Part shown: in pieces, positions 30,670 to 41,589 of the stretch
How the letters are laid out: each line of letters opens with the position of its first letter
Position numbering within the stretch: the first letter of the stretch is position 1
Assembly (NCBI GenBank): GCA_040222015.1
Contig: JAVJWO010000085.1
Coordinates: 12,775 to 76,774, forward strand
Length of the DNA: 64,000 nt
DNA from: Coleofasciculus chthonoplastes F2-STO-03
Lineage (GTDB): Bacteria; Cyanobacteriota; Cyanobacteriia; Cyanobacteriales; Coleofasciculaceae
Direction: 5' to 3'
Notes under the pieces: model-generated
Database searches by the model: none
What the model saw: only the letters and a program-made list of their open reading frames with translations
Told to the model about the DNA's origin: nothing
Position numbers and translations under genes: made by a program

Positions 30670-32790
30670 TTACCAATCTCCGCCTGCACCGCCGCCGCCA
30701 CTATCACCCCCGCCAAAATCACTACTACTGCTACTATCGCTACTGTAACTATCGCCACTACTACTGCTATCGTCACTACTGCTACACCAAATAGCACTGC
30801 TAGAACTACTATCATTCCAACTACTATCACTGCTACTGCTGTAGCTACTACTGGAAGAAGGACTACTGGAATAACTGCTGCTATAAGCTGGACGTAAACG
30901 TGGGATTGTTTCTGCCTTCTCGTAGTGATAGTCACAACATTGACAATCACTAATAATCAGATATTTACCCGTACTATTTGTTGTTGCTTGCTTAACTGTA
31001 TTTTTAGTACGAATTACTGTTAATTCTTGACAGTGATGACATTTATAAAACTTACTGGAAATCACTACATAAGTGCGAATGTGAACACCCAGACAATTCG
31101 GACATTTCCAACCCTTCAATTGGATACTGCCTATCGTTTGTGCCACTTTTTGGGGACGAGTGAGGTGGGATGGCAAATCGTCAGTACCAATGAGTTGCAT
31201 GGGATAGTTACAATCGGCACAATGCTTGTGTGGGTGGTGTAAATCGGGATTCAAGTCGAGGGACACTCGCGATCGCCCATTGGGTTTGAGGAAGATAGCA
31301 TTGGCTGGTGGCGTTAAGCAGGGAATCGCTTCTTTCATTTGTGCTTGGTAATCACAACAGTGACACTCTTTATGCACCAATTTCTCACCTTTTTGGTTCC
31401 AAGTGGGTTCTTTCAGTATGGTTTCAAGCTTGCGAGTGACGGTTAATTCTTGACAAGTGAGACATTTTTCAAAGTCCACTGAGTTGGAGACATAAGCAAA
31501 AATATGCACACCTTCTCCAGTTAAATGGGGGCGACACCGAGGACATTGCCAACCATCAAATCGAATACTACCGATTTTTTGTGCCACTTTTTCCGGTTGA
31601 GTGAGTTTGGATTCTAGTGCGATCGCATCGAGGTGTTCCAATTGCTTCTTACAATCAGCACAGTGCAGGCGACGATTGCTGTAAGGATACCCTTGAGTAC
31701 GAGTTTTTCCTTCCGGTTTAACTAAAACTCGACGCTGTCTGCTAGAACTTCTACTCGCTGATATCAGTAAAATAATGGGCAATCCGGGAAACAAGAGTAG
31801 AACAAATGCCATGGCTAACCCATTGAATCCAGAGGATGTATCCGAATTAGATTGTTGAACAGACAGTGAAGGATTGCGGCGAATTGGGGCAGTATTTGTT
31901 TGAGGTGTTGGAGTAGGAGATGCTACTGTTGGGTTTTCAGACGTGGATGTTTGAGCGGCACTAGAGGGTGCATTTTGAGCGTTTTGCTGGGCAATCTCTA
32001 AATTCCGCTGATACTCAGTAATCTTTTCTTGGGCTTTTTCTGCATTAGCACTATCATCCGGCACAGATTTCAGGAGATCAATAGCTCGCTGCCAGAGACT
32101 CGCGACGAGATTCCAGTCTTCTTGATATTGTGCCGACTGAGCTAAGGTAGCTGCACTCATGCCACTATCCAGTGCTTGTTGAAATGTATTAACTTGAGAT
32201 TTTGGCAATTCGGTTGACTCTGGAGTAATGGGTTGTTTTTTAGGGTTAGCTGGTATCGGATTAACTTCACCGCCTAACTGCACAACCAATGCTTGGGTTC
32301 CGGCTAATGTCCCTGCGTCAAAGTTGTTTTGCTTAAAGAACGGAGTAATTTGAGTTTCGATAATCTTGCCAACCTGAGCATCGGGTAAAATTGATTCAAT
32401 ACCGTATCCGGTTTCAATCTCGACGCGGCGATCGCCTGTGGAAATCAAAAACAGTACACCGTTATCCTCATCAGCTTTACCAATCCCCCAGTGATTAAAT
32501 AATTCAGTGGTAAAGGCTTTGGGTGATGCGGCTGGAGATGTCTCAAGTACAGTTACCACAGCAATTTCTGTGCCATTTTCAATTTCCAACTGGGAAATCA
32601 TCTGATTGAGTTGGCTTTCGGTATCCTCACTGAGGATATTTGCCATATCTGTTACCCAAGTGCCATTCACCTGCTGGGGATTGGGAACTTCTTCAACGGT
32701 TAAGGCGTGGACAGAAAGGGGTGAGAAAACAGTTATACAGAATGGAATTATCCAAATAACCTGTTTGATTTGACCTGCAAAGCATTTCAT
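30670..32790 (-). CDS. TPM-domain protein with helical linker, TM, two 8-Cys modules and Ser/Gly tail
   Basis: TPM motifs as above; two modules of four CxxC; ends GGGGAGGDW; start set at ATG 32790. Confidence 0.9.
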   Translation of the reverse strand: MKCFAGQIKQVIWIIPFCITVFSPLSVHALTVEEVPNPQQVNGTWVTDMANILSEDTESQLNQMISQLEIENGTEIAVVTVLETSPAASPKAFTTELFNHWGIGKADEDNGVLFLISTGDRRVEIETGYGIESILPDAQVGKIIETQITPFFKQNNFDAGTLAGTQALVVQLGGEVNPIPANPKKQPITPESTELPKSQVNTFQQALDSGMSAATLAQSAQYQEDWNLVASLWQRAIDLLKSVPDDSANAEKAQEKITEYQRNLEIAQQNAQNAPSSAAQTSTSENPTVASPTPTPQTNTAPIRRNPSLSVQQSNSDTSSGFNGLAMAFVLLLFPGLPIILLISASRSSSRQRRVLVKPEGKTRTQGYPYSNRRLHCADCKKQLEHLDAIALESKLTQPEKVAQKIGSIRFDGWQCPRCRPHLTGEGVHIFAYVSNSVDFEKCLTCQELTVTRKLETILKEPTWNQKGEKLVHKECHCCDYQAQMKEAIPCLTPPANAIFLKPNGRSRVSLDLNPDLHHPHKHCADCNYPMQLIGTDDLPSHLTRPQKVAQTIGSIQLKGWKCPNCLGVHIRTYVVISSKFYKCHHCQELTVIRTKNTVKQATTNSTGKYLIISDCQCCDYHYEKAETIPRLRPAYSSSYSSSPSSSSSYSSSSDSSWNDSSSSSAIWCSSSDDSSSSGDSYSSDSSSSSDFGGGDSGGGGAGGDW

Positions 32791-33102
32791 AAATTCCATC
32801 TCCGATAAAAACTTGATGTTGATTGGGGTATGTGAGAACACTGTAAATTCTTGAACCTGCGTCGTCTGTCTCTTACTCGCTATTGAGTCTTGGCTTTTAT
32901 GCGAGAGGTTGATTGTTGTAATATCTCTTTACAACTTGATAGTGTCGATTAACTAACTTAAGGGTTGGTAGAAAATGATGCGATCGCTGATGGCGAAGAC
33001 AGCGCCACTACAAACTGATGATGTTAGATGTAAGAGTTTGTAGTCAGCGCTTAACTTGCTTATGGCATGCTTTGGGCAACTACGAAGCGGTATTCATTCC
33101 GT

Positions 33103-33567
33103 TTAGAAACCACCGCCAGCACCGCCACCGCCACTGTCACCGCCGCCAAAGCCGCCACCACTAGAACCACCGCCACCACTGTAGCCACTGTAGCCACTGT
33201 AGCCACTACTCGAAGAACTACCACTACTCGAAGAACGACCACTACTCGAAGAACGACCACTACTAGAACGACCACTACTAGAACTGTTATCGCTATTTAG
33301 GGCTAGAATCAGCACTCCAACAGGTACGCCCAATAGGATGAGTAGTGCCAGCAAAGCCTCGTTAGACGACTTATAAATACTGTCTTGTTGCTCAGGAGAT
33401 GTAGTATTACTCGCGACGACAGGACTCGTTTCAGTAACCAAGGCTTTTGTTTCGTTGAATGTGCTTTCTTCAACGGTTAGGGCTTGGGCAGCCAGAGGGG
33501 AGAAAATGGTTAGACAAACTGGAACTGTCCAAATCATTTGTTTGAGTTGACGTGCCAAAGGTTTCAT
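33103..33567 (-). CDS. TPM-family paralogue lacking the TPM domain (signal peptide-TM-Ser/Gly tail)
   Basis: Signal peptide ...ALTVEE shared with neighbours; TM LLILLGVPVGVLILA; ends GGGGAGGGF. Confidence 0.7.
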   Translation of the reverse strand: MKPLARQLKQMIWTVPVCLTIFSPLAAQALTVEESTFNETKALVTETSPVVASNTTSPEQQDSIYKSSNEALLALLILLGVPVGVLILALNSDNSSSSGRSSSGRSSSSGRSSSSGSSSSSGYSGYSGYSGGGGSSGGGFGGGDSGGGGAGGGF

Positions 33568-33777
33568 TGTTTTTATCTCCGATAAACTGTTGATATTGAT
33601 GAGGTTATGGGGGAAAGCTGTAATTTTTTGAAGCTGAGTTGTCTGTTTCTTATTCACGGTTAACTCCTAGATTGTCTGCAAAAGGTCAATTTGAGGAATA
33701 ATGTTTCACACATTTAGCCAGCATCTGTTATCGACTTGAGGCAGTCAAAACCTGTAATGATCCAAGCGAACATGAGA

Positions 33778-34608
33778 TTAGAAACCACCGCCAGCACCAC
33801 CACCACCACTGGAACCGCCGCCACTACTGCAACTACCGCCACTACTGGAACCAACACTGACACCGCCACCGGAAGAACGACGCTTGGAAGAAGAGTTCCT
33901 ATTGCGATTCGCGGCGAACAGAACTATGATTCCCACAGGTACTCCTATAAATAGAAGTAATGATTGCAACGTACCTCCAGAAAAGGTTTCTTCACTAGAT
34001 AGTTGAGAGGAAGATACAGCCATCGTGCTGTTGGTCGTTTCTCTATGTGCTGATAACGTTTGGGTAGCATCGCTTGTAGTGGCTTCATCCCCTAAGTGAA
34101 CAACCAATGCTTTGGTTCCGGCTAATGTCCCGGCGTCAAAGTTACCTTGCTTAAAAGGTGGAGTAATTTTAGTTTCGATAATCTGACCAACCTGGGCATC
34201 GGGTAAAATAGGTTCGATACCATATCCGGTTTCAATCTCGACGCGACGATCGCTTATGGAAATCAAAAACAGTACACCGTTGTCTTCATCAGCTTTGCCA
34301 ATCCCCCAGTGATTGAACAACTCGGTGGTAAAAGATTTGGGTGATGGGGCGGGAGAGGTTTCAGGTACAGTCACCACTGCAATTTCTGTACCATTTTCAA
34401 TTTCCAACTCGGAAATCATTTGATTGAGTTGGCGTTCCGTATCCTGACTGAGAATATCTGCCATATCTGTTACCCAAGTGCCATTTAGCTGTTGCGGATT
34501 AGGAACCTCTTCAACGGTTAAGGCGTGGGCGGAAAGCGGTGAGAGGACAGTGAGACAGAAGGGAACTGCCCAAATTGCCTGTTTGATTTTAGTAGTTATG
34601 CTTTTCAT
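33778..34608 (-). CDS. TPM-domain protein (YgcG-like)
   Basis: Signal peptide, TPM motifs, one TM, Gly/Ser tail ending GGGGAGGGF. Confidence 0.9.
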   Translation of the reverse strand: MKSITTKIKQAIWAVPFCLTVLSPLSAHALTVEEVPNPQQLNGTWVTDMADILSQDTERQLNQMISELEIENGTEIAVVTVPETSPAPSPKSFTTELFNHWGIGKADEDNGVLFLISISDRRVEIETGYGIEPILPDAQVGQIIETKITPPFKQGNFDAGTLAGTKALVVHLGDEATTSDATQTLSAHRETTNSTMAVSSSQLSSEETFSGGTLQSLLLFIGVPVGIIVLFAANRNRNSSSKRRSSGGGVSVGSSSGGSCSSGGGSSGGGGAGGGF

Positions 34609-34650
34609 GATGTATTTCCTCTAAAGGTTGGAGTAAGTTCGCCATAGTCG

Positions 34651-34935
34651 TCAGGCTACACCTGCTGAGACAAAATCAGTTTCCCAAGTGTGAGATGAAA
34701 TAGATGACATTTCTGCCTCACATAAAAAGGCGATCGCAGGCTTGTTAATGCACAGAGAGGACATTTGCGTGAGCGGCTGTTCCTGTTGGTGGATTTCTAC
34801 GTCCGTCAACACAATGAATTTTCGAGAATTATTGAGCATATCGGAGAGTCGAGAACGATAGCTATTTGGAAGGGCAGAAACTGCCATGTCACCGAATATT
34901 TGAACGTTATTTAGCGTCAAAATTTGGACTCTCAT
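34651..34935 (-). CDS. DUF6812-like small protein
   Basis: I.G.......RLSDMLNN..KFIVLTDVEI......L.INK.AI pattern. Confidence 0.6.
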   Translation of the reverse strand: MRVQILTLNNVQIFGDMAVSALPNSYRSRLSDMLNNSRKFIVLTDVEIHQQEQPLTQMSSLCINKPAIAFLCEAEMSSISSHTWETDFVSAGVA

Positions 34936-35372
34936 CGAATTCTTCCTCAAATTTCATTGGTGTTGTTTTCTGACACCCTGACCGTGGATCGGCTTGTTCG
35001 TTTTACTCATTCTTGTGAGTTATTTATGTTATAGCCCCTTTAAGTGAGCCTTGTCAAGGGTCAAGTCTAGTAAAAGGCAGAAGGTAGGAGGATCATTGGT
35101 GTAAACTTAAGCGCCAAAAGCAGAGAGAGCAGGGAGAGCAGGGTTGTAGGGGCGGGTTTTACAGATAATATTCTGTTGATTGTCGGATAAGCTAAAACGC
35201 ATTGCTCTAGGGATCTACCGGAAAGTTGACACAGATAGGTAGAAGCAGGCAACAGGAAGTCATAGTACTCCGAATGTGAGAAATATGACTGATGTGAGAT
35301 AGATCGGGAAGGGCGGCAGGTATGGAAGGAAGATAGAGAAGATAAAATCTTGAAATATCATTCAGACGAACC

Positions 35373-36248
35373 ATGGCAAACATCCCCAGCTTTACCCCTC
35401 AACCCACAGCAGATGGCTCATTCACCTTCTTTTCTGAAGCGTTTGGTGAATATTTCCACAGTACTCAAGGCGCAAAAACGGAAGCGTTGTTAAAATTTGT
35501 AGAACCTTGTCACTTGAAACAAAAAGCCCAACAGCAGGTTGTGCGTCTGCTGGATGTATGCTATGGCTTAGGCTACAATACGGCGGCGGCTCTAGAAACA
35601 ATTTGGATAATTAACCCCAGATGTCGAGTTGAATTAGTCGCTCTGGAATTAGACCCGACTGTACCGCGAAGCGCGATCGCACATCATTTTCTCAGTGGCT
35701 GGAATCACCCAATTCCTGAATTCCTAGAGGGTCTAGTGACAACCTCAGAAGTCAAAACGGATCAGCTTCAGGCGCAACTTTATTTCGGCGATGCCAGAAA
35801 AAGCATCCAGCACTTGTCTCAGTTGAACTTTCAAGCTGATGCTATTTTTCTTGATCCCTTTTCTCCCCGTCGCTGTCCTCAATTATGGACGGTGGAATTT
35901 TTCCAGCATTTAGCCAACTGCTGCGCCAAAACAGGTAGACTCGCAACCTACTCCTGTGCTGCGGCTGTCCGTAGTGGCTTAATGACGGCTGGATTTAAGA
36001 TTGGTCCGACACCCCCTGTCGGGGGACGACAACCGGGAACCGTGACAAGTTTTGATGCTTCCACTCTACCCCCTCTGTCAGAGCGATCGCGTCAACATTT
36101 ACAAACCCGTGCAGCTATCCCCTATCGTGATCCTCAACTGAGGGATCAGGCTGAGATTATCCTGCAACGACGGCAAATTGAGCAGCAAGCCTCTACTCTC
36201 GAACCCACCTCCCACTGGCAAAAACGTTGGTCAGCGAAAGAGGGATGA
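35373..36248 (+). CDS. MnmC/MnmD-like SAM-dependent tRNA methyltransferase
   Basis: TADGSFT..SE.FGEYFHS, LLDVCYGLGYN, FLDPFSP..CPQLW, LATYS. Confidence 0.88.
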   Translation: MANIPSFTPQPTADGSFTFFSEAFGEYFHSTQGAKTEALLKFVEPCHLKQKAQQQVVRLLDVCYGLGYNTAAALETIWIINPRCRVELVALELDPTVPRSAIAHHFLSGWNHPIPEFLEGLVTTSEVKTDQLQAQLYFGDARKSIQHLSQLNFQADAIFLDPFSPRRCPQLWTVEFFQHLANCCAKTGRLATYSCAAAVRSGLMTAGFKIGPTPPVGGRQPGTVTSFDASTLPPLSERSRQHLQTRAAIPYRDPQLRDQAEIILQRRQIEQQASTLEPTSHWQKRWSAKEG

Positions 36249-36494
36249 GGGAGCTGGGGGAGCAGAGGGAGCTGGGGAAGCTGGGGAAGCAGAGGGAGAT
36301 GGGGGAGATGGGGGAGATGGGGGAGATGGGGGAGATGGGGGAGATGGGGAAGAATTGTAGAGACTTCTCCGGTGGAACATCTTTTGTAGGGGCGGGTTTT
36401 ACCACTAACGTTTCGTTTTGACCCTGATATAACTAAACCCGCCCCGACCTCACCGTTCAATTATCACAAATGACGAATGACAAAGGACAAATGA

Positions 36495-37415
36495 CTAAGA
36501 ACTAATCCCCCACAGGAACGCAGCAACACCGAGTAAACACAAGACACCAGATATCCCAGCTAAGGGATTATCTCCTATTCCCGTTATCCATATTGGTCCT
36601 TTTCTGGTATAAGAAATCAGTTTGGCTTCCTGGAGACAGGTTAATCCCCAAATCCAACCCCCATGAAGTCCCCAGGCTAAGCCTAAACTTCCTTCATTCA
36701 CACAGCGGGCTAGGACTAATACCATACCCATTAGCCACAATCCAGGAATTTGAGGGAGTGTCTGTTGCTGTTCCCAAATCAAATGCAATAGAGCAAAAAT
36801 CAGACTGGATATTACCGCCGCTATTACCAGAGAATAGTCCTGTTGGAGTTCCGTCAGAAGAAATCCACGAAATACCAATTCCTCAATTAATCCAATCCCT
36901 AGTCCTATTCCACATATCGGCAACCCAATTCGGGTCAATTGCTGCCAATTTTCTCCATGCCAATCCACCCAGCCTACTAGCCATTGTCCCGTAAAGCTGA
37001 TTCCTAAACTCAAAATTGCCAGGGCAAACCCCCCGACTAAGGATATCAAAATCCGCGTCGTCCAGTCCCAGCCATAGTCGGGAAACGATGTATCTTCTAT
37101 CTGTGTTGCCCCCCAGATAATCAGAGGGGCAATGAGGTAAAGAACAGCGACGAATGGCAACTTTTTCTGTGCTGCCAAAGGCTTAAGAGGATGCCATTTC
37201 AGTCGGGTTGCGATCGCGATGGCTAAAGGCAACCACAACGCAGACCAAGCCAGAAAAAAAACCGCGACTTTTACCAGCGCCGATGCGCTTATTAGCCAAA
37301 TAATACACGGATTATCTGCCTGATCAAAAATAGCCATAAGCGAGATCGGCAAACGGTGAGGAGCTATAATTTTTACGCTGCTACTTTCATGCTGCCAAGG
37401 ATGGATACTTTGCAT
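36495..37415 (-). CDS. CPBP/CAAX family intramembrane metalloprotease
   Basis: EELVFRG, FALLH and H.GW motifs; multiple TMs; start uncertain. Confidence 0.88.
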   Translation of the reverse strand: MQSIHPWQHESSSVKIIAPHRLPISLMAIFDQADNPCIIWLISASALVKVAVFFLAWSALWLPLAIAIATRLKWHPLKPLAAQKKLPFVAVLYLIAPLIIWGATQIEDTSFPDYGWDWTTRILISLVGGFALAILSLGISFTGQWLVGWVDWHGENWQQLTRIGLPICGIGLGIGLIEELVFRGFLLTELQQDYSLVIAAVISSLIFALLHLIWEQQQTLPQIPGLWLMGMVLVLARCVNEGSLGLAWGLHGGWIWGLTCLQEAKLISYTRKGPIWITGIGDNPLAGISGVLCLLGVAAFLWGISS

Positions 37416-37442
37416 AACCCATCCTTTTTAGCATGAACTGCC

Positions 37443-37856
37443 TCAAACCTCTGCGGCTTCTAATTCCTCTTCGGACGCCTCAGATGTATCCATATCCACC
37501 TGTTTGAGGTGGATATGCTTGTAGCCCAGTTTAATTTCAAACTCATCACCAGGCTTCAATCCCATTTCGTTAGTATAGGTTGAGCCAATCACAATCTGAC
37601 CATTTTTATGGACGCTGACGCGATACGTCGGTTCCCGACCACGACCATCTTTTGCTCCCTCTGGATCTAAGGGAACACCCTTCGCCCCTAACACCGCATC
37701 ATAAAAATCAGTTAAGTTGACGCGGGTCTGACCGGTTTTACTTTCGGAGTAATAGCCACAGCGTTTTGCTGTTTCTCGCCGAGGCAAGTGAGAAAGCTCT
37801 TTTACTTTTTGAAGTAAAGCTTTCCCCGTTAATGCATTAGGTTGGGTCTCTGCCAT
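37443..37856 (-). CDS. Cyanobacterial AbrB-like transcription regulator (cyAbrB)
   Basis: LTGKALLQKVKEL, GREPTYRVSVHKNGQIVIGSTYT, FEIKLGYKHIHL. Confidence 0.93.
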   Translation of the reverse strand: MAETQPNALTGKALLQKVKELSHLPRRETAKRCGYYSESKTGQTRVNLTDFYDAVLGAKGVPLDPEGAKDGRGREPTYRVSVHKNGQIVIGSTYTNEMGLKPGDEFEIKLGYKHIHLKQVDMDTSEASEEELEAAEV

Positions 37857-38423
37857 AATTTCACAGACTATCCTTTATTTTTCAGGATGGTAAACGTCGT
37901 ATGCTGCCAAGTGTATTTGGCTATATAAAAAATATATCGTTAAATCTCTGGTTTTGGTCAAGATTTTTTTGATCATTTATTAAAATTTCTAGGAATTTGA
38001 GCCATAAGGATTTTCCGGAGACGCCAAAGCCGCTTCTTAGGTTAAAATTTTAACCAAGATAGGACTCCGTGGCAAAAGATCGAACCTGAAGTATGTTCAG
38101 ATGAGTGATCCATCTGGAGATTTGGCAGGTCATCTGGGAAAAATTTGACCAGACACAAGGGAGAGAGCATCTATCAGCAGAAAATCAACACTCCCAAGGA
38201 TGAATGCTGAGTGACCGCCGATTGTCTTAGACTGTAGTCAGTTTGCTAAATATCGCGGCTAAATGCTCATGGACAAGTTGAGCGAGTGCCTTCTGGCAAT
38301 ATTTCTTATCTATATTTGTGGGCGATCAGGAAATGAGGGGGTGATGGTCAATGGGTTGGTTGTGACTCGACTGAAGGTGGTAATTTTCATATAGGTGTTG
38401 AGATACAAAGAGAGCATATCACT

Positions 38424-39440
38424 ATGCAAGTTGCCTTTAAAATCATTCGACAGACTCAAAATACCTCCCCCACTATCGAGACTTACAAGTTAGATGTGGA
38501 GGAAGGAAACACGATTCTGGAGTGCCTGAATCGGATTAAGTGGGAGCAGGATGGAACGTTAGCGTTTCGCAAGAATTGTCGCAACACAATCTGTGGTAGC
38601 TGTGCGATGCGGATCAATGGTCGCTCCGCACTGGCTTGTAAAGAAAATGTGGGCAATGAATTGGCGCAGCTCCCTGAGCATCATCGCCCGGAGATTCCGG
38701 AAATCACAATTGCCCCCCTGGGTAATTTACCCGTGATTAAGGATTTAGTCGTGGATATGCGGAGCTTTTGGGACAACTTAGAAGCGGTTGAACCCTACGT
38801 TAGCACAGCCGGACGAACCATTCCAGAACGGGAATTTTTACAAAGTCCCCAAGAGCGATCGCGCCTGGATCAGAATGGTAATTGTATCATGTGTGGCGCC
38901 TGTTATTCAGAATGTAATGCTCGCGAGGTTGATCCCACATTTGTTGGTCCTCACGCCCTCGCCAAAGCCCAACGTCTAGTCGCCGATTCTCGCGATACCG
39001 CCATAGAAAGTCGCCTGGAAAACTACAATCAAGGCACTAAGGGGGTGTGGGGATGTACCCGTTGTTTAATGTGTAACGCCGTTTGCCCGATGGATGTCGC
39101 CCCCATGGATCAAATCGGTAAAATTAAACAAGAAATTCTGACTCGCAAAGACAAGCAAGCCAGCCGCTCAATCCGCCATCGCAAAGTCTTAATTGATTTG
39201 GTTAAGCAAGGAGGTTGGGTTGATGAGCGCAAATTTGGTATCCAAGTGGTGGCGAACTTCTTCCGAGATATTAAAGGAATGCTCAGTTTAAGTCCCCTCG
39301 GATTACGGATGCTCGCCCGTGGTAAATTCCCCCTAAGATTTGACGCCTCCGAAGACACCGCCCAAGTGCGATCGCTGATTGAATCCGTCCAAACCTTGAA
39401 ATCTGAGACACCAGAGGAAGAAATTTTACCAAAATCATGA
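38424..39440 (+). CDS. sdhB: Succinate dehydrogenase/fumarate reductase iron-sulfur subunit
   Basis: CRNTICGSC...[12 protein letters not shown] and [12 protein letters not shown] clusters. Confidence 0.93.
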   Translation: MQVAFKIIRQTQNTSPTIETYKLDVEEGNTILECLNRIKWEQDGTLAFRKNCRNTICGSCAMRINGRSALACKENVGNELAQLPEHHRPEIPEITIAPLGNLPVIKDLVVDMRSFWDNLEAVEPYVSTAGRTIPEREFLQSPQERSRLDQNGNCIMCGACYSECNAREVDPTFVGPHALAKAQRLVADSRDTAIESRLENYNQGTKGVWGCTRCLMCNAVCPMDVAPMDQIGKIKQEILTRKDKQASRSIRHRKVLIDLVKQGGWVDERKFGIQVVANFFRDIKGMLSLSPLGLRMLARGKFPLRFDASEDTAQVRSLIESVQTLKSETPEEEILPKS

Positions 39441-39625
39441 CATCTCAAACACCCACCCCAGAAAAATCGACAACAGAAACTCCCAACCAACCCGAACCCG
39501 CTTTTGGGTGGACACCTTACGCCGAACAAATCAACGGACGGTTTGCCATGATCGCATTTGTGGCTTTATTGCTGATCGAGTTGATTACAGGTAAAGGTTT
39601 GTTAGGTTGGTTGGGTTTAATTTAG
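39437..39625 (+). CDS. High-light inducible protein (CAB/ELIP/HLIP)
   Basis: [17 protein letters not shown] chlorophyll-binding motif. Confidence 0.93.
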   Translation: MTSQTPTPEKSTTETPNQPEPAFGWTPYAEQINGRFAMIAFVALLLIELITGKGLLGWLGLI

Positions 39626-39929
39626 TCATTGGTCATTGGTCATTGGTCATTGGTCATTCGTCATTGGTCATTGGTCATTGGTCATTAGTCATTGGTCATT
39701 TGTCATTGGTCATTAGTCATTGGTCATTTGTCATTCGTCAGGGAACAGGGAACAGGGAACAGGTAAGCGTTTTGAGTTAACTCCCCCTGCTCCCCCTGCT
39801 CCCTCTGCTCCCCCTGCTCCCTCTGCTCCCCCTGCTCCCCCTGCTCCCCCTGCTTCCCCTGCTCCCCCTGCTTCCCCATCTCCCCCTGCTCCCCCTGCTT
39901 CCCCATCTCCCCGAAACCCAACACCCCGA

Positions 39930-41060
39930 CTACCAACGAGAATCGTGCGTCACTGAATTTCCCCCAATCGCCACCGCCCGTAAATTGTATGATCCGGTTT
40001 GTCCGGCTTCATAAGCATTTGCCATTAATAAATAGATCCCATCGCTGGGTAAAATCACAGATAATCGGGCATTGGTGCCACCACCGCTATCATCATCTTG
40101 GGCTAAATCATTACCATTGGGATCAAGCAAAATTAAATAAGAATCGATTTCCCCACTGGTCATATCAATTTGCACCTGCTGACCCGCCCTGCCTTCAAAG
40201 GCATAGATGTCAAAAAAGCTGTTATCGTCCGCTAAAATATGACTTCCTTGACCCAGCCGACCGGGAATCACTGTACCATTGAGGGCTAAGGGTTGGGGAG
40301 GGTGGTGAGTCGGAGAGGGGCTGGGCTGCTGCACCGTCTGGGGCGCACGTCCATTGCGTACAGCCGCCAGAAACGGGCGAATTCTATCTATGCTAATCGC
40401 AAAACCAATCCCCAAATTCCCGCCGCTAGGACTGCCCAAAATCGCTGTATTCACCCCAATTAACTCACCTTGAGAGTTCAGTAGGGGTCCGCCAGAATTT
40501 CCCGGATTAATCGTAGCGTCGGTTTGAATTAAGCCCCGTTGTTGGTCGATACGGCTAACAATCCCGACTGTAAACGTGCCTTGAAACCTGCCAAACGGAT
40601 TACCAATGGCAAATGCCCGTTGTCCAACTTGGACGGGACGAGGAGCCAGAGAAATCGTCGGTAAATTGCTAGGAGTGCGAATTTTGAGAATCGCTAAGTC
40701 TAGACCATTATCCCCAAACGCTACCACATCCGCGCTCAGGCGTCTGCCATCCGCTAGCGTTACCGTAACTGTTGGGGAACCTGCTACAACATGAGCATTG
40801 GTGAGGACTAATCCATCGGCGCTAATAATACTGCCACTGCCTGTACCTTCTACCGTATCAATGGAAACCACTGCCGGACTAGCTTGTTGATAAACCTGAA
40901 TATTAATTTGTTCATCAATATCTTGAGCCACTGCCACTGTTGAGCCTAGCCAGAGATTTAGCCAGTCAATCGGTGCGATCGCGTGGAGAGTCGTAGCACC
41001 AATCGCAGTAACAGTGGCAAGGATTCCCGATATAGCAATACGCATGCGTTTGGTACTCAT
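39930..41060 (-). CDS. Trypsin-like (HtrA/HhoA-type) serine protease with C-terminal PPC domain
   Basis: [21 protein letters not shown] triad; C-terminal DIYAFEG.AGQ...[12 protein letters not shown]. Confidence 0.9.
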   Translation of the reverse strand: MSTKRMRIAISGILATVTAIGATTLHAIAPIDWLNLWLGSTVAVAQDIDEQINIQVYQQASPAVVSIDTVEGTGSGSIISADGLVLTNAHVVAGSPTVTVTLADGRRLSADVVAFGDNGLDLAILKIRTPSNLPTISLAPRPVQVGQRAFAIGNPFGRFQGTFTVGIVSRIDQQRGLIQTDATINPGNSGGPLLNSQGELIGVNTAILGSPSGGNLGIGFAISIDRIRPFLAAVRNGRAPQTVQQPSPSPTHHPPQPLALNGTVIPGRLGQGSHILADDNSFFDIYAFEGRAGQQVQIDMTSGEIDSYLILLDPNGNDLAQDDDSGGGTNARLSVILPSDGIYLLMANAYEAGQTGSYNLRAVAIGGNSVTHDSRW

Positions 41061-41386
41061 GGTTGATGGTCATTAAACCTCAAGGTCTAGTTTTATGGTG
41101 ACTTATGCTTAAATCATTGATCAGTAATTATGTGACAATTTTTTGTGGATACACCATAGAAAAAGCAGGGGGAGTAGAGACGTGCCATGGCACGTCTGGG
41201 AGCTGGGGAAGCGGGGAGAGAAAGTTATATCTTTGAATGCAACGTGGTATTATCACTTAGGTTGTTTTTCCTTAGAACTTTCTGCCTTGGAGCCTTTGGC
41301 TACATATAACGGAGATCTGTACCAAGAAAAGTGAGCTAGCTCCTATATGTGAGTCCAGCGAATGACGTAGCTTGCTTCTCGAAAAG

Positions 41387-41486
41387 CTACAGCACTTTCA
41401 CGCCACGGTGTAGTACAGTAACTATGAGATAGTGCTTTTCTACTCTTGGAAAGGGTGTATCACATCGACTCTGAAAACGCTGTAGT
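41387..41486. mobile_element. ~100-bp MITE (CTACAGCACTTTC...GAAAACGCTGTAG)
   Basis: Terminal inverted repeats; the same left end is present near 12147-12170. Confidence 0.55.
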
Positions 41487-41589
41487 ATAACAAATGACGA
41501 ATGACAAATGACAAATGACAAATGACAAATGACAAATGACAAATGACAAATGACAAATGACAAATGACAAATGACAAATGACAACTTAT

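Noticed and set aside
30633..30950. Val/Ala-rich alternative-frame ORFs and Thr-rich antisense ORFs (also 33060-33300, 33736-33954)
   Set aside because: Shadows of the Ser/Gly (AGT/GGT) tails of the TPM genes.
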